From: Candidatus Omnitrophota bacterium | GTDB lineage: Bacteria; Omnitrophota; Gorgyraeia; 2-01-FULL-45-10 | Assembly: GCA_026387175.1 (NCBI GenBank) | Contig: JAPLME010000003.1 | Coordinates: 41,178-105,177 of the forward strand | Length of the DNA: 64,000 bases | Direction: 5' to 3' | In this document: positions 29,828-41,685 of the stretch, in pieces | How the letters are laid out: each line of letters opens with the position of its first letter | How positions within the stretch are numbered: position 1 is the stretch's first letter | Program-made: the position numbers and the translations under genes | The notes under the pieces: generated by a model | Seen by the model: only the letters and a program-made list of their open reading frames with translations | What the model was told of the DNA's origin: nothing | Databases searched by the model: none

Positions 29828-30594
29828 AGGACCTCTTCGAGCTTCGTCATATCCTGCGCGGGACGGATTATCGCATATTTATAAAGGCGCCCCGGCTCTT
29901 TGCCGACGCTCACCACATCGCCTATAAGTATGCCTTTCGGGAATACGCTGCCGAAGCCCGCAGTGATGACCTTGTCGCCCTTCGCTACATCCGAGTCGAG
30001 CGCTATGTAGATCATTTTACATCTTCCGTCCGGCCTGCCCACCAGTATGCCGCCCTGGCGGTTACGCTGTATCACCGTGCCGACTTTTGAATTAGGATCC
30101 GTGATCAGAAGTATCCTGCTCGAATACCTGCCCACCTCGAGGACCCTGCCCACCAACCCCTTCATAGAGATCACGGCCTTGCCCTGCCTTATCCCATGAG
30201 CGGCGCCTTTATCGATTATAAGCGAATTCGACCAATTGGTCGGGTCGCGGCCTATCACTTCGGACGGAATGGCTGCATATGGTATCGTGTTTTTGAAGTC
30301 CAGGATATCTTTGAGGCGCTGGTTCTCCACATAAAGAGATTTCGACTCCTCGAGGCGTCTGTTGAGAAGATCGATCCTGTCGCGCAATAACCTGTTCTCT
30401 TCGCTTAAGGAAGCAAATGGGATCACTTTTCTGGAAGCATCGTAGACAGCGTTAAGGGCCTTTAGCGGCATGGAACTTAAATCCAGGAGCTTAGCTCTTA
30501 TCGGGCTCGATATGGTATTGGAATTTGCTACGAGGAACGCGGTAATCGCGATAATTGCGAGGATCTTTAATAGTAAATTCTTTCTCTCACGCAC
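29815..30594 (-). CDS. mreC: Rod shape-determining protein MreC
   Basis: N-terminal TM helix, coiled coil, beta-rich periplasmic domain. Confidence 0.85.
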   Translation of the reverse strand: MRERKNLLLKILAIIAITAFLVANSNTISSPIRAKLLDLSSMPLKALNAVYDASRKVIPFASLSEENRLLRDRIDLLNRRLEESKSLYVENQRLKDILDFKNTIPYAAIPSEVIGRDPTNWSNSLIIDKGAAHGIRQGKAVISMKGLVGRVLEVGRYSSRILLITDPNSKVGTVIQRNRQGGILVGRPDGRCKMIYIALDSDVAKGDKVITAGFGSVFPKGILIGDVVSVGKEPGRLYKYAIIRPAQDMTKLEEVLCIK

Positions 30595-30596
30595 AC

Positions 30597-31670
30597 CTAA
30601 CGGTCAATCCTTGGGGAAGCGGTAAGCATCTTAAGGTACTTCATCTCGCTCAGAACTTTACCTGTTCCTAGGGCCACCGCGGTCATCGGGTCTTCCGCCA
30701 GATGCACAGGCAGGCCAGTCTCTTCGGAGATAAGCTTGTCGATACCGCGCAGGAGCGATCCGCCGCCTGCCAGCACTATACCTTTATCGATCAGGTCCGA
30801 CGAAATCTCAGGCGGGGTCCTTTCAAGCGTTATCCTGACGGCCTCGAGTATCTGGGCGATCGGCTCCGCCATCGCCTCTCTTATCTCTTCGCTTGTGATC
30901 GAAACTGTCTTCGGCAGGCCCGCGACCAGGTCACGGCCCTTTACATCCATCTTCAGTTCTTCCTCGAGAGGATAGACGGAACCGATCTTAATCTTTATAT
31001 CTTCCGCGGTCCTCTCGCCTATCATGAGATTATAGTTTTTCTTTATATAATTTATAATAGCCTCGTCCAGCTCATCACCGCCGACCCGGACAGACTTAGA
31101 GAATACGACTCCGCCCAGCGATATGACCGCCATCTCCGTAGTACCGCCTCCTACATCTATGATCATATTTCCGGAAGGCTCCTGGGTGGGCAATCCTACT
31201 CCTATGGCGGCTGCCATAGGTTCCTCGATGGTGAAGACTTCTCTAGCGCCCGCGTGCAGCGCGGAATCTTTAACGGCCCGCCTCTCGACCTCGGTTATGC
31301 CCGATGGTATCGCTATAACTATGCGCGGCCTGCCGAGCGGCCTGGATTTATTGACTTTTTTGATGAAGTACCTTAACATTGCCTCGGAGATCTCGAAGTC
31401 AGTGATAACTCCGTGCCTCATCGGCCTTATGGCCACGATATTGCCGGGGGTCCTTCCCAGCATCCGTTTGGCCTCTTCTCCTACGGCCAGGACATTGGAT
31501 GTACCAGCCTGGACAGCGACAACCGACGGTTCGCAGAGAACTATACCCTGGTTCTTCAGGTAAACAAGCGTATTCGCCGTTCCCAGATCTATCCCCATAT
31601 CGTTGGCGAATAGACCCAACGTTTCATCGTAAACCTTAACTATCGCCTTCCATACCGGCTTTACTTTCAT
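30597..31670 (-). CDS. mreB: Rod shape-determining actin homologue MreB
   Basis: Actin-fold phosphate and adenosine motifs (DLGTANT, GGGTT). Confidence 0.95.
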   Translation of the reverse strand: MKVKPVWKAIVKVYDETLGLFANDMGIDLGTANTLVYLKNQGIVLCEPSVVAVQAGTSNVLAVGEEAKRMLGRTPGNIVAIRPMRHGVITDFEISEAMLRYFIKKVNKSRPLGRPRIVIAIPSGITEVERRAVKDSALHAGAREVFTIEEPMAAAIGVGLPTQEPSGNMIIDVGGGTTEMAVISLGGVVFSKSVRVGGDELDEAIINYIKKNYNLMIGERTAEDIKIKIGSVYPLEEELKMDVKGRDLVAGLPKTVSITSEEIREAMAEPIAQILEAVRITLERTPPEISSDLIDKGIVLAGGGSLLRGIDKLISEETGLPVHLAEDPMTAVALGTGKVLSEMKYLKMLTASPRIDR

Positions 31671-31724
31671 GCCATCTCCTTGTCTTGCGATATTAACAAA
31701 AAAAACCGTTCATGTCAAACATAA

Positions 31725-32249
31725 TTAACCGGCGTTTGAACGATCGGCTGTCTTCATAATACAATATCCTGCTATTATGCCGATAAGCGCTCCGGCTATA
31801 ACATCGGACGCATAATGCATACCAACATATATCCTGGAAAACGCGATTAGAAAAGCTATCGTAAACCATAAAGCCCTGTTTTTCTTAAAGAATCCAGACA
31901 TGACGGTTGCGGCCATAAACGCTATCGTGGCGTGGCCTGACGGGAACGAAAATCCCATACTCTTCGGGACGAGAAGCCGCGCATCGGCAAGAGAGATAAA
32001 GGGCCTTGGTATAGCTGCCGCATTCTTTAAATACTCTACGGCAAAATATGTTATTGTAAGGCCCGCCAGTAAAAATATTCCGGTCAGCTTCTTCTCTCTT
32101 TTACAGAATACAGCCAATAGAACGGCAAGCGCGAATATAAACTCTCCGGAACCTGCTCTCGTAAAAAACGGCATCACTATATCAAAGACGGGGTTGGCTA
32201 AAGTTCTGTTTATAAATTGAAATATGGCTATATCCGCGGCGCCTAGCAT
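31725..32249 (-). CDS. PAP2-family lipid phosphatase (undecaprenyl-diphosphatase / PgpB-like)
   Basis: KxxxxxxRP, PSGH and SRxxxxxHxxxD motifs (FPSGHATIAF; SRIYVGMHYASD). Confidence 0.75.
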   Translation of the reverse strand: MLGAADIAIFQFINRTLANPVFDIVMPFFTRAGSGEFIFALAVLLAVFCKREKKLTGIFLLAGLTITYFAVEYLKNAAAIPRPFISLADARLLVPKSMGFSFPSGHATIAFMAATVMSGFFKKNRALWFTIAFLIAFSRIYVGMHYASDVIAGALIGIIAGYCIMKTADRSNAG

Positions 32250-33535
32250 TTTATGATATCCAGTAGTTTAAAAAATCCGGGGAAAGACTTGTTCACGCAT
32301 TCTACATCATCTATCGAACTCTCGCCTTCCGCGGCAAGCGCGGCTATCGCCATCGACATGCATGTCCTATGGTCGCCGTAACTCTTGACCGCGGCACCCC
32401 GGAGTTTCTTCACGCCGTCTATCACGATCTGATCCTTCTCTACCGACACTTTGCCTCCCATCTTCTCGAGATTCTCCTTCATCGAAACTATCCTGTCGGT
32501 CTCCTTAACCCTCAACTCCTCCGCGCCTTTTATCACTGTCCTGCCCTTGGCAAGCGAGGCAAGCACAAATATTATAGGCAGCTCATCAATAATACCGGGG
32601 ATATCATTCTCATTTATCTTAATGCCCTTTAAGGGCCCGGACTCCACTTCGATATCGCCATACGGCTCAAAATTATCGGCCTTATTGAGAACGTTGAGCC
32701 TGGCTCCCATCCGCGACAATATATTCAATATCCCCGCCCTGGTCGGATTTACGCTCACCTTATTTATCCTGATCCTGGAATTATTCAATAGGATAGCGCC
32801 GGCGGCGAAGAAGCTCGCGCTCGAAATGTCTCCGGGGATATTAAATTCTTTACCCGTCATCTCTTTAAGACCATTTACGGAAATTTTCAGGCCGGCAACT
32901 TTTATATCCGCGCCGAAATATCTCATCATGCGCTCGGTATGGTCGCGGGACTTCACATCCTCTTCTACTGTAGTATGTCCGAAGGCGTGCAGCCCCGCGA
33001 AAAGCACCGCGCTCTTTACCTGGGCGCTCGGCACAGGCAGTTTATAGTATATCGGTTTTACGGTCCCGCCTTTTATCTTGAGGGGCGGAAACCCTTCGGG
33101 GGACGCGGTTATATTTACCCCCATCATTTCCAGCGGCTCTATTATGCGCCTCATTGGCCGCTTCGACAGCGCCTCATCCCCTATGAGCGTCGACTCAAAG
33201 GCCTGGCCGGCGAGTATTCCCGCGAGTATCCGCATGCTCGTGCCGGAATTACCCATATCTATAGGTTTAGCGGGCTTCTTCAGGCCATTAAGCCCCACCC
33301 CGTGAATAATTGTGTCGCGGTCATCCCGGTCGAAGCGCACACCCATATTCTTAAAGGCATTTATCGTATAGTTACAATCGTCGCAATCGAGGATATCTAT
33401 GGCCACGGTCTTGCCCTTGGCTATCGCGCCGCACATAATAGCGCGGTGGGAGATCGATTTGTCTCCGGGAAGGGCCACTTCGCCGAGTAATCTTTTTGCC
33501 GGCTTTAAATTTTCTGGTTTCATATATTCACACAA
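32243..33535 (-). CDS. aroA: 3-phosphoshikimate 1-carboxyvinyltransferase (EPSP synthase)
   Basis: LPGDKSISHRA N-terminal motif; 430 aa. Confidence 0.9.
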   Translation of the reverse strand: MCEYMKPENLKPAKRLLGEVALPGDKSISHRAIMCGAIAKGKTVAIDILDCDDCNYTINAFKNMGVRFDRDDRDTIIHGVGLNGLKKPAKPIDMGNSGTSMRILAGILAGQAFESTLIGDEALSKRPMRRIIEPLEMMGVNITASPEGFPPLKIKGGTVKPIYYKLPVPSAQVKSAVLFAGLHAFGHTTVEEDVKSRDHTERMMRYFGADIKVAGLKISVNGLKEMTGKEFNIPGDISSASFFAAGAILLNNSRIRINKVSVNPTRAGILNILSRMGARLNVLNKADNFEPYGDIEVESGPLKGIKINENDIPGIIDELPIIFVLASLAKGRTVIKGAEELRVKETDRIVSMKENLEKMGGKVSVEKDQIVIDGVKKLRGAAVKSYGDHRTCMSMAIAALAAEGESSIDDVECVNKSFPGFFKLLDIIKC

Positions 33536-33541
33536 CAGAGT

Positions 33542-34477
33542 TTATTTAATTATATCACGTTTTTTCGAGGCTATTAATCTTTTCATATCCCTGGGCAGTT
33601 CGCTCGTAAATTCCATAAATTTATTTTTGACAGGGTGAGTAAAACCTATCGTCTTGGCATGCAGCATCGGTCTGGCAAGACCTCCGAACCTTGTGCCATA
33701 CTTCACGTCGCCCAGAACCGGATGGCCGATGTGCGCCATATGGACCCTCACCTGATGGGTACGGCCCGTGCCGAGAGTGAGCTCGATCATCGTGGCGTCC
33801 TTAAAACGCTTTATCACCTTATAGCTTGTGCTGGCTTCTCTGGCTCTCTCCGATTCAAAATCGACCGTCATCTTCATCCGGTCATGTTTATCACGGCCTA
33901 TAGGGGCATTTATAATACCGTTATCGAATTGGACCACGCCTCTGACGATAGCGACATAAACTCTTTTAGCGGTCTTATCCTTGAATTGCTTCGCCAGGAA
34001 ACGATGGGCCTTATCCGTCTTTGCTACGACCAGAAGTCCGGAGGTGCCTTTATCGAGCCTGTGCACTATACCGGGTTTTGCCACTCCTCCTATTCCGGAC
34101 AAATTCTTACAATGCCCGAGAAGCGCGTTCACAAGCGTTCCGCTGTAGTTGCCGGGCGCCGGATGGACCACCATATCGGAGGTCTTATTTACCACCAGAA
34201 GCTCTTTATCCTCATAGACGATATTGAACGGTATCTTCTCTGCGGCGATATCGCACTTTTTGGGAGGGGGCATGTTTATCTCCACGTATTCGCCGGGGGT
34301 GATATCGTAATGACTCTTTCTCGGCCGCTCGTCCACAAGGATGTGCCCGTCCATTATAAGAGACTGCAAAAATGAGCGTGAATACTTGCCGCCTAACTTC
34401 TCGGTAACGAATTTATCGAGCCGCTTGCCTTTATCCTCTTCGGCTACTTCGAACCTGATAATCTCTTTTTTTCCCAC
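33542..34477 (-). CDS. rluD: RluA-family 23S rRNA pseudouridine synthase (RluD-like, with S4 domain)
   Basis: HRLDKGTSGLLVVAK catalytic motif; lspA-rluD synteny. Confidence 0.8.
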   Translation of the reverse strand: MGKKEIIRFEVAEEDKGKRLDKFVTEKLGGKYSRSFLQSLIMDGHILVDERPRKSHYDITPGEYVEINMPPPKKCDIAAEKIPFNIVYEDKELLVVNKTSDMVVHPAPGNYSGTLVNALLGHCKNLSGIGGVAKPGIVHRLDKGTSGLLVVAKTDKAHRFLAKQFKDKTAKRVYVAIVRGVVQFDNGIINAPIGRDKHDRMKMTVDFESERAREASTSYKVIKRFKDATMIELTLGTGRTHQVRVHMAHIGHPVLGDVKYGTRFGGLARPMLHAKTIGFTHPVKNKFMEFTSELPRDMKRLIASKKRDIIK

Positions 34478-35187
34478 TCATCCGCCTTTACCTTAAATAC
34501 GATTAGGACCGTTAAAAATACCGCCGCGCTTATCAATTGCGACATCGTCAACCCTGAAAATATTCTGGGATTATCGCCGCGCAAAAATTCGATGAAGAAC
34601 CTTTTGCAGGAATAGAGCGCGCAGTAGTCGAGAAAGATCTCGCCTTTAAACCGTCTTCTGTCCTGCCACCTGACCAGCACGATAAATATTATTAACAGCA
34701 GAATAGAGGAATATATCTGTGTCGGCTGACGTTCGCCGAAAATAAAATTACATGGCGCTATTATCCCATAGCAGCAGCCGTTCAGATAACAGCCTACCCT
34801 GCCGAATGCCTGTCCGAGCGCTATATACGGGGCTATAAGATCCGCAACCGGCCAGAAATCAAGTTTCTTTATTTTTAAAAACCAGATCGACGCCAAAAGG
34901 GCCGCGATGAATCCGCCGTACCATACCAGCCCGCCTCCCGACAGGTTCAATATCTCCATAGGATCGGCCATATAGTACCCGAGGTTCAACAGCACATACA
35001 GCGCCCTCGCCCCGACGACACCGGAGATCAGGAGGAGGATAAGATAGTCTATCATCTTATCCCTATCCATGCCAAATTTCGGCGCGCGTCTGTATACGAG
35101 AAAAGCCGCCAGGCTGAATCCCACAGCGACCATAACACCGTAGGAATAAATGGTAAGGGGGCCTAATTTCAGGAGGATTGGATGCAT
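34444..35187 (-). CDS. lgt: Prolipoprotein diacylglyceryl transferase
   Basis: Polytopic membrane protein; Lgt signature region GRVGCYLNGCCYG. Confidence 0.85.
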   Translation of the reverse strand: MHPILLKLGPLTIYSYGVMVAVGFSLAAFLVYRRAPKFGMDRDKMIDYLILLLISGVVGARALYVLLNLGYYMADPMEILNLSGGGLVWYGGFIAALLASIWFLKIKKLDFWPVADLIAPYIALGQAFGRVGCYLNGCCYGIIAPCNFIFGERQPTQIYSSILLLIIFIVLVRWQDRRRFKGEIFLDYCALYSCKRFFIEFLRGDNPRIFSGLTMSQLISAAVFLTVLIVFKVKADEWEKKRLSGSK

Positions 35188-35190
35188 GCT

Positions 35191-35679
35191 TTACCCGGAT
35201 TTTTTAAAAATAAAGCTGAATGCGATGAGCGCTATGCCGATCGATATGCAGGAATCCGCGATATTGAATACCGGCCATATTCGGAAGTCCAAAAAATCGA
35301 TAACATAACCGAACTTCAGGCGATCCACAAGGTTCCCCGCGGCCCCGCCCAGAATTAGGGCAAGCGATACGGCAAGGAGCGTATCCAGCTGATGAGCCTT
35401 ATAGATGATTAAAAGCATAAGCGCGATCGCCGCGAATGAGAAGATGATAAAAAAGAGGGCACAGTTCTGTAAGACCCCGAAAGCCGCCCCATTATTAAAC
35501 ACCAGCGTTATATGAAATACATCGGGGATGACCTTTATCGATTGCCCCGGGGTAATGCTCTTTATGATGAAATACTTCGTGAGCCTGTCCGCGACAAAGA
35601 CAAGGCCTGCGGCAAGGAATATGCGGCTCTTAAACCAAAGCGTCATCAATTCTCTTTTTTCTTCTGGCACTCTATGCAA
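35191..35679 (-). CDS. lspA: Lipoprotein signal peptidase II
   Basis: Four TM helices; VFNIADS and FNNGAAFG motifs. Confidence 0.85.
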   Translation of the reverse strand: MHRVPEEKRELMTLWFKSRIFLAAGLVFVADRLTKYFIIKSITPGQSIKVIPDVFHITLVFNNGAAFGVLQNCALFFIIFSFAAIALMLLIIYKAHQLDTLLAVSLALILGGAAGNLVDRLKFGYVIDFLDFRIWPVFNIADSCISIGIALIAFSFIFKKSG

Positions 35680-36143
35680 AGCTCGCTATACGGCAAAGCC
35701 ACCAGCCGCCGCTTCGCTATCTGTTTTCCACAGGAAAGACAATTCCCGTAAGTGCCGTCATCTATGCGCTTCATGGCCTCATCGATAAAGTAAAGGATCT
35801 TCTGCTCCGCGGTGGCCCTCTCCAGGGAAAAATCCCTTTCGTAGTCATCGCTCGCCTGGTCGGCCATATGATAAGAATAACCGGAGAGGTCTCCGGAGGC
35901 GTCTCTGGCGGATTTATTCAAAGTATTCTGGGCTATGTGCGAGAGATCCCCGCCGACCTGTCCTCTAAGCCTTATTAACAGCAACTTATATTTCTTAAGC
36001 TCTTCCTTGGGCAGCTTATGAAGCTTAATCTTGATCTTGGATATTTTAGCTATTTTAAGTTTCATCGCCTTCTTCGCTTTTGCCTTCGGTTTAGCCTTCG
36101 CTCTTACTTTTCGTTTCGATTTTGCCATTTTATTCCCTTTCAT
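35646..36143 (-). CDS. DksA/TraR-family C4 zinc-finger protein with a Lys-rich N-terminus
   Basis: CLSCGKQIAKRRLVALPYSELCIECQ. The true start may be the internal MAKSKRK. Confidence 0.6.
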   Translation of the reverse strand: MKGNKMAKSKRKVRAKAKPKAKAKKAMKLKIAKISKIKIKLHKLPKEELKKYKLLLIRLRGQVGGDLSHIAQNTLNKSARDASGDLSGYSYHMADQASDDYERDFSLERATAEQKILYFIDEAMKRIDDGTYGNCLSCGKQIAKRRLVALPYSELCIECQKKKEN

Positions 36144-38920
36144 TATGCTCTTATAGCCTTCTCACATCTTTCGCAAAGAGCCGGATGGTCCTTGTTCGAG
36201 CCGACCAGCTCACTGTAGTTCCAGCACCTCTGACACTTTTCGCCCTTCGCTTTTTCGATGTAGATAGCTGCAGGAATTGCAGCCTCCAGATCCGATTCGC
36301 TTACGGGAGCATTCTTAAGCTCAACTTTAGATACTATGAAAAGATATCTCAGAATCGCTTCATTGTCAACCAGCAACTTTTTATAATCCTGGTCCTTAAC
36401 GGCAAGGGCCACACTGGCCTCCAGACCTGAGCCTATCTGGCCCGCTTCCCTCTTCTCCTCCAGCTTCTTCAGCACCGCTTCCCTCAAGGCTATCAGCTTG
36501 CCCCATTTCTGGTCAAGAGATTCGTTGCGCCATTTCGTATAATTATCATCGGGCCATTTTTCAAGATGCACCGATTCGGACTTGCCGCTAAAGTTAAGGC
36601 AGCCCCAGGCTTCATCAGAAGTCATAGCGAGTATCGGCGCCAGAATCTTTAATAAAGAGGAGAGTATCTCGAACATCGCGGTCTGGCCGCTTCTTCTCTC
36701 CGGTGAATCGGCCCTGAAAGTATACATTCTGTCTTTCAATATGTCCAGATATACCGATGAAACCTCGTAAACACAAAAACCGTATATATCCCTGTATACC
36801 TTATGAAAAGCGTAAGTTTCATAGTGGCCTTCCGCGGTCTTTATTATCGCTGATAGCCTTGAGAGTATCCACTTATCGATCTCGAGCATCTTATCATAAG
36901 GGACCGAATTCACCGCAGGGTCGAAATCGTACAAATTGCTCAGAAGATATTTATATGTATTTCTGATCTTGCGATACGCGTCCGCAAGCCTCCTCAATAT
37001 CTCATCCGAAAGTCTGATGTCCTCGGAATAATCGCTAGACGAAACCCATAGCCTGAGAATGTCTGCACCGTACTTCTTCATGACCTGTTCCGGCGTTATG
37101 ACATTGCCCAGAGACTTTGACATCTTCTTGCCTTCGCCGTCTACGACGAATCCATGGGTCAGGACGCTCTTATATGGCGGTTTGCCGTCCAGGCCCATTC
37201 CCGTTATGAGCGCGGCCTGGAACCACCCCCTATGCTGGTCGGATCCCTCAAGGTAAAGCTCGCAAGGATAATCCATGTCCTTATTGTCTTTAAGAACTAT
37301 CTGATGACTGACGCCCGAATCGAACCAGACGTCGAGTATATCGGTCTCTTTCCTGAACTCGGACGAGCCGCACTTCGGGCACTTCATCCCTTTCGGCAAA
37401 AGCTCCGTTTCCTTCTTCTGGAACCATACCTCGGCGCCCTCTTTCTCGACCAGTGAAGCGACATATTTTATCGTCTCCGGATCCAGGAGGACACTGCCGC
37501 AACCCTTACAATAGAACGCGATTATCGGCACTCCCCAGTATCTCTGGCGCGAAAGGCACCAGTCGGGCCTCGTCTTCAACATCGCCGAAATGCGCGACAA
37601 GCCCATCTCGGGTATCCACTTCACCCCTGAAGAGATGGTTTCGAGCATCTTCGTCCTCAATTCGTCATGGTCTATCTTAATGAAGTATTGCTCTGTAGCG
37701 CGGAATATTATCGGTTTCTTACAGCGCCAGCAGTGCGGGTAAGAATGCGTGATCTCACCCTGCTTTACGAGCTTGCCTAAAAGAGCGAGCCTCTCGATGA
37801 TCGGCTTATTGGCATCATGCACCTTCATGCCGCTGAATTCAGCCGCCGTCTTATCGAATTTGCCCCTGCCGTCCACGGGCATTATTATCGGAAGCTTGTA
37901 ACGTCTGCCCGTATGATAGTCGTCCTGTCCGTGTCCCGGAGCGGTGTGAACGCATCCCGTGCCGTCCTCCATCGTAACGTAAGGAGCGAGCACCACTTTA
38001 ACATTCCTGTCGATAAACGGATGACGCGCGTCACGGCCCTCAAGTTCTCTGCCTTTGAACGTCTTCAACACCTTATATTCTTTTACCCCCGTAGCTTCCA
38101 TCACCTTAGGGAGAAGATCCTTTGCCAGCATGAACTTTTCGCCCTTGAATTCCCCGTCCAGCATTTCGGCAAGCACGTAATCGAAATCCGGGTGTACGGC
38201 GATCGCTACGTTTGCGACCAGCGTCCACGGTGTCGTCGTCCAGATAAGGAAATGTCCGGGAAGGTCGCTATGGACCGATTCGAACTTGACGTATATCGAG
38301 GGAGACTTCTTATCCTCATATTCCACTTCGGCTTCGGCGAGCGCCGTCTCACAGGTGGTGCACCAATTGACCGGCTTCAGATCTTTATATATATATCCCT
38401 TCTCGACGAGCTTCCCGAATGACCTGACGATGCCGGCTTCGTAATCTTTCGACATGGTTATGTACGGCTTATCCCAGTGGCCCATGATACCGAGCTTCTG
38501 GAACTCTCTTCGCTGGATGTCGACATACTTCATCGCGTAGTCATGAGCCTTCTTCCTGAACTCGACCTGGTCGATATCGTACTTAGTCATCTTCAGCTCT
38601 TTGAATAGCTGATGCTCGACGGGCAATCCATGGCAGTCCCAGCCCGGCACATACGGCGAATCGAAGCCACGCATCGTCTTATATCTTATGACGATATCCT
38701 TCAATATCTTATTGAGCGCATGGCCCATATGAATCGAGCCGTTGGCGTAAGGCGGGCCGTCGTGCAGGATGAACTTAGGCTTATCCTTATATTTCGCCCG
38801 GATCTTCTCGTGCAGTTTCTTATCTTCCCAATTCTTCAGGAATACGGGCTCGCGATTAGGCAGGTCCGCCTTCATCGGAAAATCCGTCTTCGGTAAATTC
38901 AGCGTGTTCTTGTATTCCAT
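36143..38920 (-). CDS. ileS: Isoleucine--tRNA ligase
   Basis: 925 aa; HMGH and KMSKS motifs; C-terminal Zn ribbons. Confidence 0.95.
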   Translation of the reverse strand: MEYKNTLNLPKTDFPMKADLPNREPVFLKNWEDKKLHEKIRAKYKDKPKFILHDGPPYANGSIHMGHALNKILKDIVIRYKTMRGFDSPYVPGWDCHGLPVEHQLFKELKMTKYDIDQVEFRKKAHDYAMKYVDIQRREFQKLGIMGHWDKPYITMSKDYEAGIVRSFGKLVEKGYIYKDLKPVNWCTTCETALAEAEVEYEDKKSPSIYVKFESVHSDLPGHFLIWTTTPWTLVANVAIAVHPDFDYVLAEMLDGEFKGEKFMLAKDLLPKVMEATGVKEYKVLKTFKGRELEGRDARHPFIDRNVKVVLAPYVTMEDGTGCVHTAPGHGQDDYHTGRRYKLPIIMPVDGRGKFDKTAAEFSGMKVHDANKPIIERLALLGKLVKQGEITHSYPHCWRCKKPIIFRATEQYFIKIDHDELRTKMLETISSGVKWIPEMGLSRISAMLKTRPDWCLSRQRYWGVPIIAFYCKGCGSVLLDPETIKYVASLVEKEGAEVWFQKKETELLPKGMKCPKCGSSEFRKETDILDVWFDSGVSHQIVLKDNKDMDYPCELYLEGSDQHRGWFQAALITGMGLDGKPPYKSVLTHGFVVDGEGKKMSKSLGNVITPEQVMKKYGADILRLWVSSSDYSEDIRLSDEILRRLADAYRKIRNTYKYLLSNLYDFDPAVNSVPYDKMLEIDKWILSRLSAIIKTAEGHYETYAFHKVYRDIYGFCVYEVSSVYLDILKDRMYTFRADSPERRSGQTAMFEILSSLLKILAPILAMTSDEAWGCLNFSGKSESVHLEKWPDDNYTKWRNESLDQKWGKLIALREAVLKKLEEKREAGQIGSGLEASVALAVKDQDYKKLLVDNEAILRYLFIVSKVELKNAPVSESDLEAAIPAAIYIEKAKGEKCQRCWNYSELVGSNKDHPALCERCEKAIRA

Positions 38921-38921
38921 C

Positions 38922-39785
38922 TTATTTAATATATTTCCCTATTATCAAATTAAGTTTCTTTTTGGTTGCAGGCGGTATCACTTTCGGATCTGTAATAATA
39001 GCGTCTTTCAGCGCGGATGCGCAGGCGCAATTTCTGTGTCCTGAGAGCTTGGGCAGCGCTTCAGATATAATGCTCTTCGCTCGTTCTATATTCTTCAATA
39101 GGTTCTGGATGATCATCTCGATCGAAACCTCTTCCTCCGACTGGTGCCAGCAGTCATAATCCGTTATACAGGCGAGCGTCGCATAGCAGATCTCCGCTTC
39201 TCTGGCCAGTCTCGCCTCCGCGATATTGGTCATTCCTATAACGTCCATCCCCCATGAGCGATACAGATTGGACTCGGCTCTGGTCGAGAACTGAGGGCCT
39301 TCCATATTTAGGTAGGTCCCGCCCATATGCATGTTAACGCCCGTCTTCTTTCCCGCGTTATAAAGCGCCTTGGCCAGATCCGGACAGATGGGGTCGGCGA
39401 ATTGTATATGCGCGACTATGCCCTCGCGGAAGAAAGTCATGATCCGCGTCTGGTTCGTCCTGTCTACAAACTGGTCCGGTATGACTATATCGAGAGGTTT
39501 CAATTCTTCCTTAAGGCTTCCGCACGCGGAGACCGATATTATCCTATCGACGCCGAGCTTCTTCATTCCGTAAATATTGGCACGGTAGTTAACCTCACTC
39601 GGAGAGAACCTGTGGCCCTTCCCGTGCCTGGTCAGAAATACCACTTCCGTGCCGCCCATCGAGCCGATCACATAATCATCGGACGGGTCGCCGAAAGGCG
39701 TCTTGACCTTAACGGTCTTCGCCTTCGTTATCTTCTCCATGTTATAGAGCCCGCTGCCGCCTATGATACCTATTTTACCTTTCAT
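38922..39785 (-). CDS. mtnP: S-methyl-5'-thioadenosine phosphorylase (PNP family 2)
   Basis: [14 protein letters not shown]...VSACGSL motifs. Confidence 0.85.
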   Translation of the reverse strand: MKGKIGIIGGSGLYNMEKITKAKTVKVKTPFGDPSDDYVIGSMGGTEVVFLTRHGKGHRFSPSEVNYRANIYGMKKLGVDRIISVSACGSLKEELKPLDIVIPDQFVDRTNQTRIMTFFREGIVAHIQFADPICPDLAKALYNAGKKTGVNMHMGGTYLNMEGPQFSTRAESNLYRSWGMDVIGMTNIAEARLAREAEICYATLACITDYDCWHQSEEEVSIEMIIQNLLKNIERAKSIISEALPKLSGHRNCACASALKDAIITDPKVIPPATKKKLNLIIGKYIK

Positions 39786-39813
39786 AATATCTCCCGAATT
39801 TTATCAGTTAAAT

Positions 39814-40113
39814 TTATCCGATTCTTGCGGCGATGCCGAAGAGCGTCCTGACCAGGAAGAGCTTCGTAAACCATACGGCTATAAGCGCGAATATCGGCGA
39901 AAAATCTATCCCGATGGAATATGCCGGAATTATACGCCTGAACGGCGCAAGGAGCGGCTCCGTAGTAATATTTATAAACCGAACGATAGCATTATACGGA
40001 TCGGGGTTCACCCAGCTAAGAAGCGCGCGGATTATTATCATCCAATTTATTATCGTGAGCAGATAGTCAAGTATTGTGGCAAGGGCGTATACTAAGTTAC
40101 CCAATACGAACAT
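39814..40113 (-). CDS. yggT: YggT-family membrane protein
   Basis: 99 aa; two TM helices; YggT/YlmG-like; adjacent to proC-yggS. Confidence 0.7.
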   Translation of the reverse strand: MFVLGNLVYALATILDYLLTIINWMIIIRALLSWVNPDPYNAIVRFINITTEPLLAPFRRIIPAYSIGIDFSPIFALIAVWFTKLFLVRTLFGIAARIG

Positions 40114-40115
40114 AT

Positions 40116-40928
40116 TTATCCCTTCGACAGTTCTTTAGAGCGCTTACAGGCCTCCGCCGTGGCGGCCTGGACGATCTCTTTAAATTTCTTCTTGTTGAAT
40201 ACTTTGAGGGCCGCTTCTGTAGTGCCGCCTTTTGAAGTCACCTTATGTCTTAAGTACGCAGGCTCCTCTTTCAGCGCGTCAAGCAGCTTCACACTTCCGA
40301 GCGCGGTCTTCATTACCAGCATTTCGGCGGTCTTACGGTCTAATTTCAATTTTTTAGCAGCATCTATCAGGGTTTCGATAAAATAGAAGAAGTAAGCCGG
40401 GCCGCTGCCGCTTATCGCGGTGACCGCGTCGACCATCTTCTCATCGACTTCCACCACCTCGCCTATCATCGAAAATATCTCGCGCGCGGAGTCCATATGC
40501 TCTCTGGTGGCCGAGGTGCCGGCGCTTATAGAGGATACGGCCTCTCCTATTATCGCGGGCATGTTCGGCATAACCCGTATGACGGGGACATCCTTACCGA
40601 TCACCTTCTCTATATGTTTTGTAGTTATGCCGGCGGCTATCGATATCAAAAGTTTATCCGGGGACACTCCGCAGCAGACTTCTTGAGTTAATACGCTTTC
40701 AATATCCTTGGGCTTTACGGCAAGTATTATGATATCGGAGTATTTGACAACGTAATTATTGTCGATCTCGACTATTATCCTGTGCTTCGCCGCTATTGTC
40801 TCGCGCCTGGCGGCATCCATCTCGCTTACCATCAGAGATGTACTCTTCTCCATCACTTGTGCTAAACGGCTAAAGATAGCCTCGCCCATATTGCCGCAGC
40901 CAATTATACCTATCTTCTTATTTATCAT
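40116..40928 (-). CDS. proC: Pyrroline-5-carboxylate reductase
   Basis: IGIIGCGNMGEAI Rossmann N-terminus; P5CR C-terminal domain. Confidence 0.9.
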   Translation of the reverse strand: MINKKIGIIGCGNMGEAIFSRLAQVMEKSTSLMVSEMDAARRETIAAKHRIIVEIDNNYVVKYSDIIILAVKPKDIESVLTQEVCCGVSPDKLLISIAAGITTKHIEKVIGKDVPVIRVMPNMPAIIGEAVSSISAGTSATREHMDSAREIFSMIGEVVEVDEKMVDAVTAISGSGPAYFFYFIETLIDAAKKLKLDRKTAEMLVMKTALGSVKLLDALKEEPAYLRHKVTSKGGTTEAALKVFNKKKFKEIVQAATAEACKRSKELSKG

Positions 40929-41619
40929 TTTTGAATATCGCCCTCCCTATCCTTACCATATTAGAACCCTCTTCGATGGCTATTTCAAAATCGTTCGTCA
41001 TCCCCATCGAGAGCGTTGAATACTCAGTCTCATCAGAGCGGCTCTTTATAATAGGGCTTGTCTTATTAAGAAGCTCTCTCAAGGCCCTGAAGTACGGCCT
41101 TACAGTCTCAGTGGCACTGACTTCGGGGGCTATCGTCATGAGTCCCCTTATATTTATATTAGGATATAACGATGCTTCTTTTAAAAAACCTATCGTTTCT
41201 TCGGGCGAGATCCCGAATTTCGATCCTTCGCCTGATGTATTTACCTGGATTAGGATATTCTGTCGCTTTCCAATCCTGGCAGCCTCTTTATCGATAGTTT
41301 GCGCCAGCTTAAGACTGTCCACTGAGTGTATAAGCGAGAATATCCTTACAGCATCCTTAACTTTATTGGTCTGTAAATGCCCTATCAGATGCCATTCGAC
41401 TCCATTGCCTATAACTCTATGCTTAATAAGGGCGTCCTGCACTCTGTTCTCGCCAAAGCTGGAAACCCCTGCCTCAACAGCCTCATTCATCTGGCTAATA
41501 GAAGCTTCTTTGGTCACCGCTATAAGCTTAACGCTATCCAGAGGCCTGCCGGCTTTCTCACAACATTTTGCTATTCTTTTGGTTACAAATTTAAGATTGT
41601 CGGCTATCATTTCGGGCAT
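40918..41619 (-). CDS. yggS: YggS-family PLP homeostasis protein
   Basis: 233 aa; TIM-barrel alanine-racemase-N-like; LIAVTKEASISQ motif. Confidence 0.85.
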   Translation of the reverse strand: MPEMIADNLKFVTKRIAKCCEKAGRPLDSVKLIAVTKEASISQMNEAVEAGVSSFGENRVQDALIKHRVIGNGVEWHLIGHLQTNKVKDAVRIFSLIHSVDSLKLAQTIDKEAARIGKRQNILIQVNTSGEGSKFGISPEETIGFLKEASLYPNINIRGLMTIAPEVSATETVRPYFRALRELLNKTSPIIKSRSDETEYSTLSMGMTNDFEIAIEEGSNMVRIGRAIFKNDK

Positions 41620-41685
41620 AAAATAACATAATCACATCTAAAAGTCAATGCAAAAGGGACGTCACGTGTGAAGGAATTTAAGGTT